Of a DNA stretch of 64,000 nucleotides, positions 13,578 through 26,791 are shown piece by piece. This DNA is from Octopus bimaculoides (Eukaryota), in contig NC_068987.1 in the NCBI RefSeq assembly GCF_001194135.2, positions 28,535,248-28,599,247 on the forward strand, given 5' to 3'. Below the pieces are notes generated by a model. It had not been told where the DNA came from. It made no database searches and saw only the letters and a list, made by a program, of their open reading frames with translations. The position numbers and the translations under genes are program-made. Every line of letters begins with the position of its first letter. Position 1 is the first letter of the stretch.

Positions 13578-14310
13578 CTGTTATAAACAGAAATTTTCAT
13601 TTATAAAATATATAACCCTACTCCTCATGAGTATTATATCTCTATCAATGCTCTACATGTACCTATAACGGGGATGTAAATATCATTATTCACATATCGT
13701 AATACACCGGGAAAAATTTGAACAAATAGAATTCATGAAATTAATGGCCAAATTTCAATGCTAGTATTACCAAAGCCGTTCAACTCAATCATAATTGTTT
13801 GGCAATAACATTAGCGTTTTGGATCAAAATATCCAGAGATGACATTGTAAATAAATTCAGAGGAACAACGAAAAACACGTTTAGACAGCGACGAGAAATA
13901 AATTAAAATGTTCAGATCTAGAGGGAGATACATTGAAGTTCACTGTCACAGTATGGCTAGAAATCGAAGAGATTAGGAATAGTGCTTCCATGATAGTCCA
14001 AACATAACAAGACGAATCCTTCATCGTGATGGATTCGAAACAAACAATTTATACTGAGGGACAAAAACGATAAGGAATCGTGTCTAACTGCTGGCAAAAT
14101 AATACAACTACTTCGAAGTGGACCAGAAATCTCTGTTTGGAGAATGTTATAATTTACATAAACTTACTCATTTAAGGAGCCAAACTTGATAGCATGCATA
14201 TGCATACATACACACACTCAAGTACTCACTCACGTACGCAAACAGACTCACACACACACACACACACGCGAGAGAGGTATATTGGGAACACTATATTCAA
14301 AACATAATTT

Positions 14311-14724
14311 TCTCTTTTACTCTCTTTTACTTGTTTCAGCCAGTTGACTGCGGCCATGCTGGAGCACCGCCTTTAGTCGAGCAAATCGACCCCGGGACTT
14401 ATTTTTGTAAGCCTAGTACTTATTCTATCGGTCTCTATTGCCGAACCGATAGGTGAGGGGGACATACATAGACCAGCATCGGTTGTCAAGCAATGCTAGG
14501 GGGACAAGCACAGACACACAAACATACACACACACACACATATATATATACATATATACGACAGGCTTCTTTCAGTTTCCGTCTACCAAATCCACTCACA
14601 AAACTTTGGTCGGCTCGAGGCTATAGTAGAAGACACTTGCCCAATATGCCATGCAGTGGGACTGAACCCAGAACCATGTGCTTAGTAGGCAAGCTACTTA
14701 CCACACAGCCGCTCCTGCGCCTAT
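14311..14724 (-). mobile_element. SINE family 1, near full length
   Basis: Runs from the (ctcttttact)2 tail to the ctcctgcgcctat head; closely matches the reverse complement of 15607-16005. Confidence 0.95.
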
Positions 14725-15606
14725 GTGAAAAAAATATGTTAAATATTTGTGAAATGAGGGTATACAATATTGACTAAATGAAAACGAAATATCTAGAAAA
14801 TCTTGAATTCTTTCGAAATATAAATTATGAGGTGGAATTTTTGTGGCCATCAATCATCAGCTTGTTTTAAGCCAATTAGTCTAATCTCCTGAGCATGCGC
14901 ATAATTTGAAATAGCAAGTAACATGTAATTGAGAATGAATTCGCTGATGCTATATTGACACTGGTATTTACGTTATAAAATCGCAGGGGAAATAGTGATA
15001 ACCATATATAATCAGAATGAAAATATTTGATGGTTTTATGTATCTTCATTTGTATTCAAAATACAAAACTGAGTGGTTACAGTGTAAGACTTACTTTTGC
15101 AATAATATATTATATTAAATGAGGTTAATCTACATTTTCCTAAGAAATGTTTACTATTGAACCGATGGAAAATTCAATATAAGGACTAAACAAAACAGGA
15201 GGTGACACATAGAATCGAGAGTTGCCAAAGAGATCAGAGGATATGCGACGAACGATTTGGGATAAAGACACTAAAACAACAATAATCATAAAGCTGAAGG
15301 GAAGAACAAGTATATAGTGCGTGTGGTTATTTAGCAAAAAGATGGCCATCCTCAAATATAACTATATTTATAATAATGATCGAGTTGCATAATTTTAACT
15401 TGTTTAAACAACTAATATATAAAATATGGGCTAACTTTATGACTGCTTTAAATGATCAAACAGATTCCACACCAGGAATTTTGCAAAACAAATTCATAGA
15501 AGTTATCAATACTAGAGCAGTTTTCGCAAATACGATTTTAAGAAATAGGATTTTTCTATTCTTCTTAGTTATTGGATCTTACGCATATTCATGGAGAAAG
15601 TAATAT

Positions 15607-15786
15607 ATAGGCGCAGGAGTGGCTGTGTGGTAAGTAGCTTGCCTACCAACCACATGGTTCCGGGTTCGGTCCCACTGCGTGGCACCTTGGGCATGTGTCT
15701 TCTACTATAGCCTCGGGCCGACCAAAGGCTTGTGAGTGGATTTGGTAGACGGAAAGTGAAAGAAGCCCGTCGTATATATGTATATA

Positions 15787-15826
<40 letters not shown>

Positions 15827-16005
15827 TGCATCTGTGTTTGCCCCCCCCCCCAACATCGCTTGAGAACCGATACTGGTGTGTTTACGTCCCTGTAACTTAG
15901 TGGTTCGTCAAAAGAGCCTGATAGAATAAGTACTAGGCTTCCAAAGAATAAGTCCTGGGGTCGATTTGCTCGACTAAAGGCGGTGCTCCAGCATGGCTGC
16001 ACCTC
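15607..16005 (+). mobile_element. SINE family 1, near full length
   Basis: ataggcgcaggagtggctgtgtggtaagtagc (A-box-like) and ggttccgggttcggtccc (B-box-like), then an internal (TA/TG)n tract and a tail ggcggtgctccagcatggctgca. Confidence 0.95.
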
Positions 16006-16573
16006 AAAGAATAGAATGAAAATAGCATCTAAATGTAGATATGATTAATAATGTATCTTAAGAGATGCTCTCAATATTAAACGAGATGAACATATTTCCA
16101 TCTGTACAAGTTTATATCAGCATCTACGTAACGAAACCCAAATATGCGTTAAAATGTCGCTATCCAATAACCGACTAACGCAACAACATTCATGAGTCTC
16201 TGTCGGGCAAATACTGTTTAACTATTTCCCAACAACAAACATAATATTTATGGACACCTATACTAGAATACTGTTTTCACCACATCTTCAAGAATATCTG
16301 ACCAAAGGTACAATGTAACATCTAGCAAAAATAAAGATCGGGTTATATAGCTTTAACTTGTTTATACAACTAATATCTAATACATGGGCAAAATTTATGA
16401 CTGCTTTAAACGATCAATCATAGCTAATTATGGGAAAATCAAACTACAAAGCTATTGATTGTCATGGATATATAGCCTGTATGCGAGCTGGTCGTCAGAT
16501 TTCTTGCATAAACGATCGATCATCCCCAATTAAGGAGTTGTTTCATAATTTTTAAATTTTTCCTATGTATAAA

Positions 16574-16630
<57 letters not shown>

Positions 16631-17559
16631 GTATATATATATACACATTTAGATATATATACACTTATACATATAAATATATATGCATTTATATATATAA
16701 AGGCATATAATATATTTATGTATATGTATATATATATGTATGTACATATGTATGTATATATATATATATGTATTATATATACACATACATATACATATAT
16801 ATACACATATATATAAATACATATATATACACGTACATACCTATACATATGGATATTATGCATTATTTGCGTATATATGTACATATATATNNNNNNNNNN
16901 NNNNNNNNNNNNNNNNNNNNNNNNNNNNNNNNNNNNNNNNNNNNNNNNNNNNNNNNNNNNNNNNNNNNNNNNNNNNNNNNNNNNNNNNNNNNNNNNNNNN
17001 NNNNNNNNNNNNNNNNNNNNNNNNNNNNNNNNNNNNNNNNNNNNNNNNNNNNNNNNNNNNNNNNNNNNNNNNNNNNNNNNNNNNNNNNNNNNNNNNNNNN
17101 NNNNNNNNNNNNNNNNNNNNNNNNNNNNNNNNNNNNNNNNNNNNNNNNNNNNNNNNNNNNNNNNNNNNNNNNNNNNNNNNNNNNNNNNNNNNNNNNNNNN
17201 NNNNNNNNNNNNNNNNNNNNNNNNNNNNNNNNNNNNNNNNNNNNNNTATATATATATATATATGTTCGTGTATGAACGTATGTATGTATTCCCCAGCTTA
17301 AACCTAATTTCCGCCAATGAAAATTACGCAAAAAATGATGCAATAAAACATACAGTTCATTTCTCTGGTTAAGTATAAATATGTTTCCTCTTCGTTTCAC
17401 GAGCAAAGAATTATAGCGCGTACGACAAGAATTTAAATCTTAATCGACGCGTACATACGTGTTTTCTACAAATCCCTTAATATATTTCACGTTGAATAAT
17501 CATGTTATTTTGCAAGATTATTTTGGCAAATCCCATTAGTGCTTTTGTTTCCTTGCAAT

Positions 17560-17780
17560 GTGTATTAGAAGGTAAAAACAATATTGTGGTTTTAAAGGTA
17601 TCTTTTATAAGATATGCTACTGTGAACAGCAGTAGATGATTTCCAAGATCTGTACTTAATGGGATATCAACAATCTTTCTTCTCGCATTGCAATCTGATG
17701 GAACATAAATGCTCCATGCTAGTTGACTACTGGAATGATAGCTTTCCCTGCAATCTATATTAAAGTCTTTTATATAAACG
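17560..17780 (-). mobile_element. Possible Helitron helicase C-terminal remnant
   Basis: The degenerate minus strand (actttaa..attgcaggg...catggagcatttatgttcc...aaaaccacaatattgtt) loosely follows the TL.IAG...SHGQ.YVA.SR...KNIV motif order. There is no intact frame. Confidence 0.25.
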
Positions 17781-18953
17781 TAGGTAGTATATTTTTTGAT
17801 ATCTCTGATTTGTAGTATCTAATTATCGTCGCATAACAATATCGTCGCTAGTTTTATCTTTATAGATATTGTATGTTATCTTTAGCAATACAATTTCGAA
17901 ATATACTTGACATTTGACGAGACTAACGCTCACGTTCATATAACAGTTTGTTTAGGGAGTTTAGTTTGGGTAATATTTCTAACATTCTTTATGGCAATGC
18001 ATTAAAAAAAAAACATTGTTATTTTTTTATCATTGAATGCATTATAAATATTTTTATATTTGAGGAGCGATAACGGATCTACAAACACAGCAGTTGTGTT
18101 TCACTTCAGTTTTTGGTTATATAACCATTTGGATTGCATTAGTGGATTGGATTGTATAAATTTTTCATCACAAATTGTGTAGTGAAATTTTCGGGAAATA
18201 TAATGAGAATGATTTTTATAACTAAAGTTTAACAAATTTATATGCAGTTTTTACTACCCTTAAATACAAAAATATTGCTTTCAACACCCACTTTCAAGTC
18301 AAATTAATTTAAAACAACTTCAAATGTGAAATATCAAAATTATGTATATTTTATAGAATATTGAAACGCTCGCTGCTGTGCTAACACTATTATTGTTGCT
18401 CATCGGTATATATAAAAAAAAAATACAAAGACCACGAGAAAATGGCGGACAATGTAGGAAAGTAAATGTTTAGATATATCTGTATGCGATTATGAGACTG
18501 AATTTAGAGGACTATATATAAACAGGTACTTTCTTACTACAATACTTTGCTTTATGATGGAATGGAAAACAGGGTTATGCAGCCAGTTAAATGCCAAGCA
18601 TGTCTTCTACCTTTTAGAAATGAGAGGAAGCGGATCGTTTGACCGTCTTAAAGGACTCTTAAGACTGGCGGGTGATCTCTATAATTCACAAAAATAGTGA
18701 CACATCGATGTTCATCGCTCCCGAATGGGATTTAGGACGAGATGTCTCGTCTGTCTATCACCTTCATCTGTTATAACACCCGGCACTTTGAACGTGTCAT
18801 CGCCAACTCGCGAACCTAGCCTACCGGTGAACAAATCTGTGTTGGTACGTTGAGTATTAGACTATGTTTACAACACTAGGTTTGATTTCAGTTCATATTT
18901 GAATTTATTGCCACCTCGTTGCGGCATACCAGCAAAAATCTTTAACATTATTT

Positions 18954-19163
18954 CTATATAGTCATGGACTGGTGATTCAGTTCGCTTCCAGTTCGGTTCA
19001 GGTACCTGATGTTGGGATGTTGCCCATCGCTCCTGAATGTGATCTGTGGTGATTTGCCTCTCTTGTCTATGACTTTCAGGTGTTCTATCACCGAATGCTT
19101 TGCGGGAAGCATCTCCACCGCATTAATTTGCAGCCTGGCGGAAGAGAAGCGGCTAGATTGCAT
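18954..19163 (-). CDS. Candidate coding segment of an unidentified gene (MQSSRFSSARLQINAVEMLPAKHSVIEHLKVIDKRGKSPQITFRSDGQHPNI...)
   Basis: A 69-aa ORF in non-repetitive, GC-raised sequence. It contains an internal acceptor cttctcttccgccag and a donor ATCAG|gtacct, and has a CT-rich region upstream. I recognised no homolog. Confidence 0.3.
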   Translation of the reverse strand: MQSSRFSSARLQINAVEMLPAKHSVIEHLKVIDKRGKSPQITFRSDGQHPNIRYLNRTGSELNHQSMTI

Positions 19164-20076
19164 TGAGTGTTCGTATTGGATAATGTTTACATCACTAGCG
19201 GTGCTTGTGATTTATATTTGAATGTGCGTGTATGTATGCATTGTATGTGTGTGTGTATAGACACATATATATAATAATCTGCTTGTTTGTTCGCCCCTAA
19301 TACATTAGTTAGAGAGGTGGAAATTGATTGTGTGTGTGAGAGAGTGGAAGGAATGTAGAAAGAAGAAATGGAGAAATAGGGAAATTGATACGCTTAGGCC
19401 AAATGGTCACGTGTACAGCTGAAGGTAGAAGCGAAGGAGGAGAGAAAAAGAGGGTGAGAGAAGTGTTAACGACGTGCGTTGGGGTGGAGAATGAATACTT
19501 ACTACGTTGTCAAAAAGTTAGCTGAAGGGAAAGTTAGATGGAGAGAGAGAGAGACGTGGGTGGCAGTTATATTGAGAGACAAACAGAAAGACCGACAGGC
19601 AGAAAGTGCTAGATAGGTGTGGTGGTAGTGGTGGTGCATTGATAATAACGCAATGTTTTTTTTTCTTTTTGAACTAATTTTTTATAGCATCCATCGCTTA
19701 ACGCATAAGTCCAATTTTTTATCGTCTGCTCGCTTTAAAATTGATATTTGTATATAAGGGTTAATGTAGCCTAAACTCTGGATTTACAAGGAACAGGACT
19801 GCAAGCTGCCCGACAAAGAAGAATACGCAGATATACAGCACGGATTAGAGAAGAAAAGCGATAAAATATAGTAAAATGAGGAAAAACACCAATGGTGACG
19901 TGAGGAAATAAATGTAGACGGACGTCAAAAATACTGAAAGGCATAAACTATGAATGCTATAAAAATGCAAATCCTCCATTCTTTCTTAAATAGGTCTTCT
20001 TAATTTATTCCTTCCGTGGAATTTACACGTGACCTACTAGTATATATATACATATATATATAACGACAAAAGTACT

Positions 20077-20230
20077 TAAGTACTTATTCAATTTTGTTTG
20101 CCCAATCGCTAAGTTACAGACAAACAAAGTTACCGTAACATAAATACACCAGAACCGCTTGTTTAGCAGTGGTGAGGCACACAAACGGACATATATATAN
20201 NNNNNNNNNNNNNNNNNNNNNNNNNNTATA

Positions 20231-20269
<39 letters not shown>

Positions 20270-20548
20270 ATATATATATATATCATATATATACATGCAA
20301 ACATACACACGCCCACACATACACACACATACACGTGCGCATGCGTACACACACACTCACACACAAACACACACACATATACGACGGTCTATTTTCAGTT
20401 TATGTCTACCAAATCCACTTGGAAGGTTTTGGACGGCCCGAGGATACAGTAGAAGACACCTGCCCAACAAGCTACACCATGAAGCTGAACCTGGAATCAT
20501 GTTACTATGAACGAAACTTCCTACTACCCAGCCAGGCCTACGCCTGTC
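20077..20548 (-). mobile_element. SINE family 1, diverged, interrupted by an N-gap at its internal microsatellite
   Basis: acgacggtctattttcagtttatgtctaccaaatccact...ggcccgaggatacagtagaagacacctgccc. Confidence 0.85.
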
Positions 20549-21139
20549 TATGAGTGTTTGCGTATGTGTTTCTGTATGTGTATATCTGTGTATGTGTGAA
20601 TAAAAAAATATATTTATATAGATAGATAGACATACATACATACATACATATATACATACATACATATATACATACATACATATATACATACATACATATA
20701 TACATACATACATATATACATACATACATATATACATACATACATATATACATACGTGCATAGTAGTTACTTTGCTGTGCCTTTTGATCGGAATCAGTTA
20801 AGCAGGATACATCTTCTTTAGCATAAGAAGTTTAACAACGGAAATGGGATTGCGAAGAGGAAGATAAACCATCGAAGAGATCTCTTCCATATCTAACTGA
20901 CTATTTACAATTTATTGCAGAACCTATTTTCAATATGTGTGGGTGTTTGTATTTATGAATGTGAGTGAAGTTTACTTTTGTTATATTGACAGGTGGAGAT
21001 TTTGCTGCTCTTAGATACAATTTCTCTGTTTTCTCATTTCCTTCCTGTATAAATATTTCCTTGTTTTTATTTCAAACTTTTTAATAGTTTGTGTTAATTT
21101 ATACATTTACTACCATTAGTATATATTCCCAATTTTCGC

Positions 21140-21560
21140 CCAGGGCCTGAAAATTTGGGTGGGTATTAATCGGTCACACTGACCTCAGTGCTCAAATATT
21201 ATTTATTTTATCGATACCCGAAAAGACAACGTCAACCTCGGTGGAATTTGAACACAGAACGTAAAGACGTATAAAATTCCACTAAGCATTATTTCCCAGC
21301 GTGCTTACAGCTCCCCCTTTGCTCGCCATCTTTCTTACGATCAATGATATTAGTTTCAAACTTTGGTACAAGGCTAACAATTTCGGTGGAATCGATTACA
21401 TTGACACCAGGATTCAACTGGTGTTTTTTTTATCGACTTCTGAAATATGAAACTTAATGTCAACATCGGCCGAATTTGAACTCAGAACGTAAAAACGGAC
21501 AAAATGCTGCTAAATATTTTTCCTGGCGTTCTAGCTGTTCTGCATGCTCGATGCCTTATT
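21140..21560 (-). mobile_element. Two tandem SINE family 2 copies (about 21140-21320 and 21345-21560)
   Basis: Both carry gtcaac.tcgg..gaatttgaac.cagaacgtaaa.acg and a ctcg head end. Confidence 0.85.
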
Positions 21561-23148
21561 CATGATCATTAATATTAGTATTACTTTTGTTATTCAGTTG
21601 TTTCTAGGGTGAGGGATAGAGTAGGATAATGTTACAAAGTTGAAGACATTCGTTACGTATTGATAATACGTTTCAAACTACGATTAAAATGGTTATCTAT
21701 AATATAATTTTTGTATCTTGTATTAGATTACTACGCATTTGCTTATAGTTTATAATATAATATATTTGTTTGTGATGTATTTGCTTATGATTACTACTAA
21801 AACAATCATATGTACACGAATAAAATAAACGATTGGAATAAAAGCGGAAGCATGGGTATACTAGCGATCCGTACAAATAAATTGCAGTGGTGTTGCCACA
21901 GGCAGACGTACGGCTAAACTAAGGTTCATACTATTGCACTCTGATTCAGTTACCAGCCCTAGCATTAGTTGATAAGTATTGTACATATGATATTCTCAGT
22001 CAGTCCTTCTATTGATCCGTCTCACTTATCGAGCGCAAATAGATAAATCCACACAAACAAACACAAACATAAACATTCCATATAATAACGATGGGAGATA
22101 GAATACATTCAAAGACTTCAAAGACCCTCGGCTATCACGTCTCTTCGACGAAGCAATTTGATTATTTGAAATATTTTAATTATATTTATGAATTAATACT
22201 GATAATTATATTTGTTATTTATTTATTGCCCACAGTCGATTGCTAATACAAACTCGACTTCAGTTCAGTAGATTATATATTAATGATAATGCTTTTATAC
22301 ACGAATATATTTCTGATGCATGCAAATGATAATTGTAAACGTCAACGCTAATATGGATATTGCATTCATATTCATAATACGGAAGATATAAATGAGCCCT
22401 TCCTACATAAACAGTGCTTCGAGAGGAAAATATTATCATCCCAAATCGTTTATTGCATTACACAGTTGCGACAGAATTTTTTTTTTTAATATATGAACGC
22501 TTGTGCATGTTATTAGGATTTGCGTTTTCTCGCTGATTGTATTTTCATGTAAATCCAGAAAAGTTGGAGAATCTGTAAATCTAATCGACAGACAAGTGAC
22601 ATTTACATATATAGTCTCATGACGAAAAGTTCAAAACCATGTTTTCCAATTATATGGAAACGGAGCGCAAAGTTATTGTAGCTTGATTATTTGAGAACGT
22701 ATAGATCTTTCTTTATCTTTGCTTGATTTATTAATATGGTTGAGTTTGACTAAATCTGCATGAATATAAAAAAAGGAAACTATATTACAAGAAATTATAT
22801 ATTCATGTTCAGTCATTTCATGGAAATTGATCTTTGAGTCACTATGAGATTCATTGATAAATAATACTTTCAACAAGTATAAATTTATTCCTTACATAAA
22901 TAATTAACGAAACTATATTGCACTAATATATTTTAGCAGTAGAAAAATATAAGCTATATATGTATGATTTAACCGTCAATGGACCTCTCTCAAATGAAAA
23001 TAAATGAATTGCAATTGACCTAAGAACAATATATTGTTTAGTAATCTCTAACTATCGAGAGAATTATATACATACACACACACACAAGCACACGCACATG
23101 CACACGCACATGCACATGCACACACACGCACACACACACACACACACA

Positions 23149-23358
23149 CATAGGTGTGTATGAAGATGTATATCACAAACATTTGTGTATTTGGCTCACG
23201 ATCGTGGGGCCAAGGATCTGATTTCACATCCTCAGGCCAAATAAAGTCAGAGACACTATGGTATACTGTATATATCGAATTTCATATTTGTACATAAAAT
23301 AGAGCCAGCACAAATGATACGTGGTAAAAATATGTGTTGTTGAAATTTACGAATAATA
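23149..23358 (+). repeat. ~205-bp repeat, copy 1
   Basis: ataggtgtgtatgaagatgtatatcacaaa...gtcagagacactatggtatac...gttgaaatttac matches the reverse complement of 25895-26103. Confidence 0.8.
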
Positions 23359-24240
23359 TATATATATATATATATANNNNNNNNNNNNNNNNNNNNNNNN
23401 NNNNNNNNNNNNNNNNNNNNNNNNNNNNNNNNNNNNNNNNNNNNNNNNNNNNNNNNNNNNNNNNNNNNNNNNNNNNNNNNNNNNNNNNNNNNNNNNNNNN
23501 NNNNNNNNNNNNNNNNNNNNNNNNNNNNNNNNNNNNNNNNNNNNNNNNNNNNNNNNNNNNNNNNNNNNNNNNNNNNNNNNNNNNNNNNNNNNNNNNNNNN
23601 NNNNNNNNNNNNNNNNNNNNNNNNNNNNNNNNNNNNNNNNNNNNNNNNNNNNNNNNNNNNNNNNNNNNNNNNNNNNNNNNNNNNNNNNNNNNNNNNNNNN
23701 NNNNNNNNNNNNNNNNNNNNNNNNNNNNNNNNNNNNNNNNNNNNNNNNNNNNNNNNNNNNNNNNNNNNNNNNNNNNNNNNNNNNNNNNNNNNNNNNNNNN
23801 NNNNNNNNNNNNNNNNNNNNNNNNNNNNNNNNNNNNNNNNNNNNNNNNNNNNNNNNNNNNNNNNNNNNNNNNNNNNNNNNNNNNNNNNNNNNNNNNNNNN
23901 NNNNNNNNNNNNNNNNNNNNNNNNNNNNNNNNNNNNNNNNNNNNNNNNNNNNNNNNNNNNNNNNNNNNNNNNNNNNNNNNNNNNNNNNNNNNNNNNNNNN
24001 NNNNNNNNNNNNNNNNNNNNNNNNNNNNNNNNNNNNNNNNNNNNNNNNNNNNNNNNNNNNNNNNNNNNNNNNNNNNNNNNNNNNNNNNNNNNNNNNNNNN
24101 NNNNNNNNNNNNNNNNNNNNNNNNNNNNNNNNNNNNNNNNNNNNNNNNNNNNNNNNNNNNNNNNNNNNNNNNNNNNNNNNNNNNNNNNNNNNNNNNNNNN
24201 NNNNNNNNNNNNNNNNNNNNNNNNNNNNNNNNNNNNNNNN

Positions 24241-24508
24241 CCCTTAACGTAGTTCTCGGGGATATTCAGCGTGGCACGGTGTGACAAGGCTGACCCTTTG
24301 AATTACAGGCACAACAGAAACAGGAAGTAAGAGTAAGAGAAAGTTGTGGTGAAAGAGTACAGCAGGGTTCGCCACCATCCCCTGCCGGAACCTTGTGGAG
24401 CTTTAGGTGTTTTTGCTCAATAAACACTCACAACGCCCGGTCTGGGAATCGAAACCACGATCCTATGACCGTGAGTCCGCTGCCCTAACCACTGGGCCAT
24501 TGCGCCTC
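24241..24508 (-). mobile_element. SINE family 3 (tRNA-derived head), cut by an N-gap
   Basis: Near-identical to the reverse complement of 39478-39750. Head is gaggcgcaatggcccagtggttagggcagcggactc...ggtttcgattccc. Confidence 0.95.
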
Positions 24509-24569
24509 TACGCTTCGGAGAAAAACCTACACAATATACAGGGTGTTCGGGAGAAAAACCTACACAATA

Positions 24570-24945
24570 TACAGGGTGTTCCATCCCAAAATAAAAGATA
24601 AAATTTAAAACAGATAAAAACCGGTAAACTAGATTATGATTGGAAGACAATAATTTAGTCAGAGTAGCTGCATTCAGGTTGCAACAAGGTAAACATTAAG
24701 CTAGAGCTAGTACCTCCTCAAACACCACCTTAATTTTAGCTATCAACTGGTCTTTGGTGTCTTAGGCTGAGCGGATGGTGTCTTATGCAGCTGGCCCCAA
24801 ACGTAAGTAATCCTTGGGATTACGTTTGGTGTGGGATTATTAGAAGGCCAGAAATCGGGGCTGGTGAAGCCGTAGGAATAACTTTTCCTATATTCAGATA
24901 GCATCCATTGCTCCTTGTCACCTAACTCTTTTTCAGTCAAAACTT
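24570..24945 (-). mobile_element. Tc1/mariner 3' end fragment: TA plus TIR plus decayed transposase C-terminus
   Basis: TA-CAGGGTGTTCC begins at 24570. ORF 24743-24940 contains QWMLSE...FTSPDFWPSNNP...YVWGQL, matching the WPPNSPDLNP.DY.VWG motif. Confidence 0.7.
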
Positions 24946-25894
24946 TAATGTTTGTGCTCTCCGATGCTGTTGAATGTTCACCAATACGTGAAGCTTTTTA
25001 AAAAAAAAAAATTAAGAAATAAAATATCATCAATTTTTATCTCGAACACACATGCACACGCACACGAAGCAGAGCACGCACACACGCACATACATACACA
25101 CATACATATTTTCACACACGCACACAAACACATTCATNNNNNNNNNNNNNNNNNNNNNNNNNNNNNNNNNNNNNNNNNNNNNNNNNNNNNNNNNNNNNNA
25201 TATATATATGTTGCTTTAACATATATATCTAAACTGAAGTAATTTCAAATTTATATTTCTATGGTGATGTTTAGCCAAGCATATTTCAGTTTATATTCCC
25301 GTAGAGCTTAACTTTCAACAGGGCCTATTTGATTTTGAAATGAGGCCTTTTGTAAGATTCCTTAAATATCTCATTCATTTTTACACGAAGATTCAAATAA
25401 ATAAAATCTTGTACTTTTACAAGTTTTTTTTTTTATTTTACAATTTTTTCTCTGTAAACTATTATACAAATAGACTTTCTTTAACTAAAACCATACAAAA
25501 TTCCTCAAGCATCTTGTAAAGTAATACTGCAATCACTTGTAACTGATGAGGTGTTTGCATGTTCAAAAATACATATTATTTTATGGCTGCTTCGTTTCAC
25601 AACTCTTTATTAAATGAGTCACAGTGCTAAATCTTAGCAATATGAAGGACAAGTTTGCCTTTATAATCACGCAATTTTCTGTGCCATTCTTACTGTTACG
25701 ATATACAAATTGAACAATCAACTATTTTATGGCAAACTCAATGTTAATCAGTGAAATAAAATAAATAGATATGCTGTGTTCATGCTTTTATATATTTATA
25801 TAAAATGACATGTTTAAACTCTGATAGGTCGGTGGTAATAGTTGCTGAAAAACTCTTTAAAACATTGAAACAAGAATGCAAGAAAAAACTGTAA

Positions 25895-26103
25895 TATTAT
25901 TTGTAAATTTCAACAAAACAACTTTTTACCCCATCTCATTTGTGCTGACTGTATCTCATGTACAAATATAAAATTCGATACATATTGTATACCATAGTGT
26001 CTCTGACTTGAGTAAACTTGAGGATGTGGAATCAGATCGGTGGCTCCCCGATCGTGAGTCAAATACACAAACTTTTGTGATACGCATCTCCATACACACC
26101 TAT
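25895..26103 (-). repeat. ~205-bp repeat, copy 2 (inverted relative to copy 1)
   Basis: Matches 23149-23358 in reverse complement. Confidence 0.8.
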
Positions 26104-26204
26104 ATATACGTATACACATGCGTACCAATATACGTATGTATACACATTCACATATATAAATATACGTACATTATGTATGCATATGTATATATATTCTTAT
26201 TAAA

Positions 26205-26785
26205 AGGCGGTGAACTGGCAGAATCGTTAGCATGCCGGGCAAAATGCTTAGCGGTATTTCATCAGTCGCTACGTTCTTAGTTCAATTCCGCTGAGGTTGA
26301 CTTGCCTTTTTTTCCTTTCGGGGTCGATAAAATAAGCTCCAGATGTACACAGAGGTCGATGTAATCCACATAATCCCTTACCCAGAATTGTCTAGTGGTA
26401 TTTCGCCCGTCGCTGCGTTATAAGTACTAATCTCGCTGAGGTCAACTTTGCTTTTCGTGGCTGATAAAGTAAGTACAATTTGAACACTGAAGTCCATGTA
26501 ATCGACAAATCCCCTCCCTCAAAATGACTGCCCTCGTGGAAACTTTGAAACCATTATTATTAATATTATTATTAAGGCCACGAGCTGGCAGAATCGTTAA
26601 CATACCGGGAACAATGCTTAGCGGCATTTCATCTGTCTTTACGTTGTGAGTCCAACGTCAAACTTGCATTTCATTCTTTCGCGGTCGATAAAAAGGTACC
26701 AGTTAAACACTGGGGTTGATGTAAATGACTTATCCCATTCCTCAAAACTGCTGCCCTTGTAGCAAAATTTGAAACCATTATCATT
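26205..26785 (+). mobile_element. Head-to-tail array of three SINE family 2 copies (26205-26390, a 5'-truncated 26390-26560, 26575-26785)
   Basis: Repeated ctggcagaatcgttag...aaatgcttagcgg, gctgaggt..actt and gatgtaat.gac motifs. Confidence 0.85.
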
Positions 26786-26791
26786 ATTATT

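Noticed and set aside
14010-14045. gacgaatcc-ttcatcgtgat-ggattcgaaac hairpin resembling a hammerhead stem II
   Set aside because: It lacks the CU of CUGANGA, and there is no stem I, stem III or NUH.
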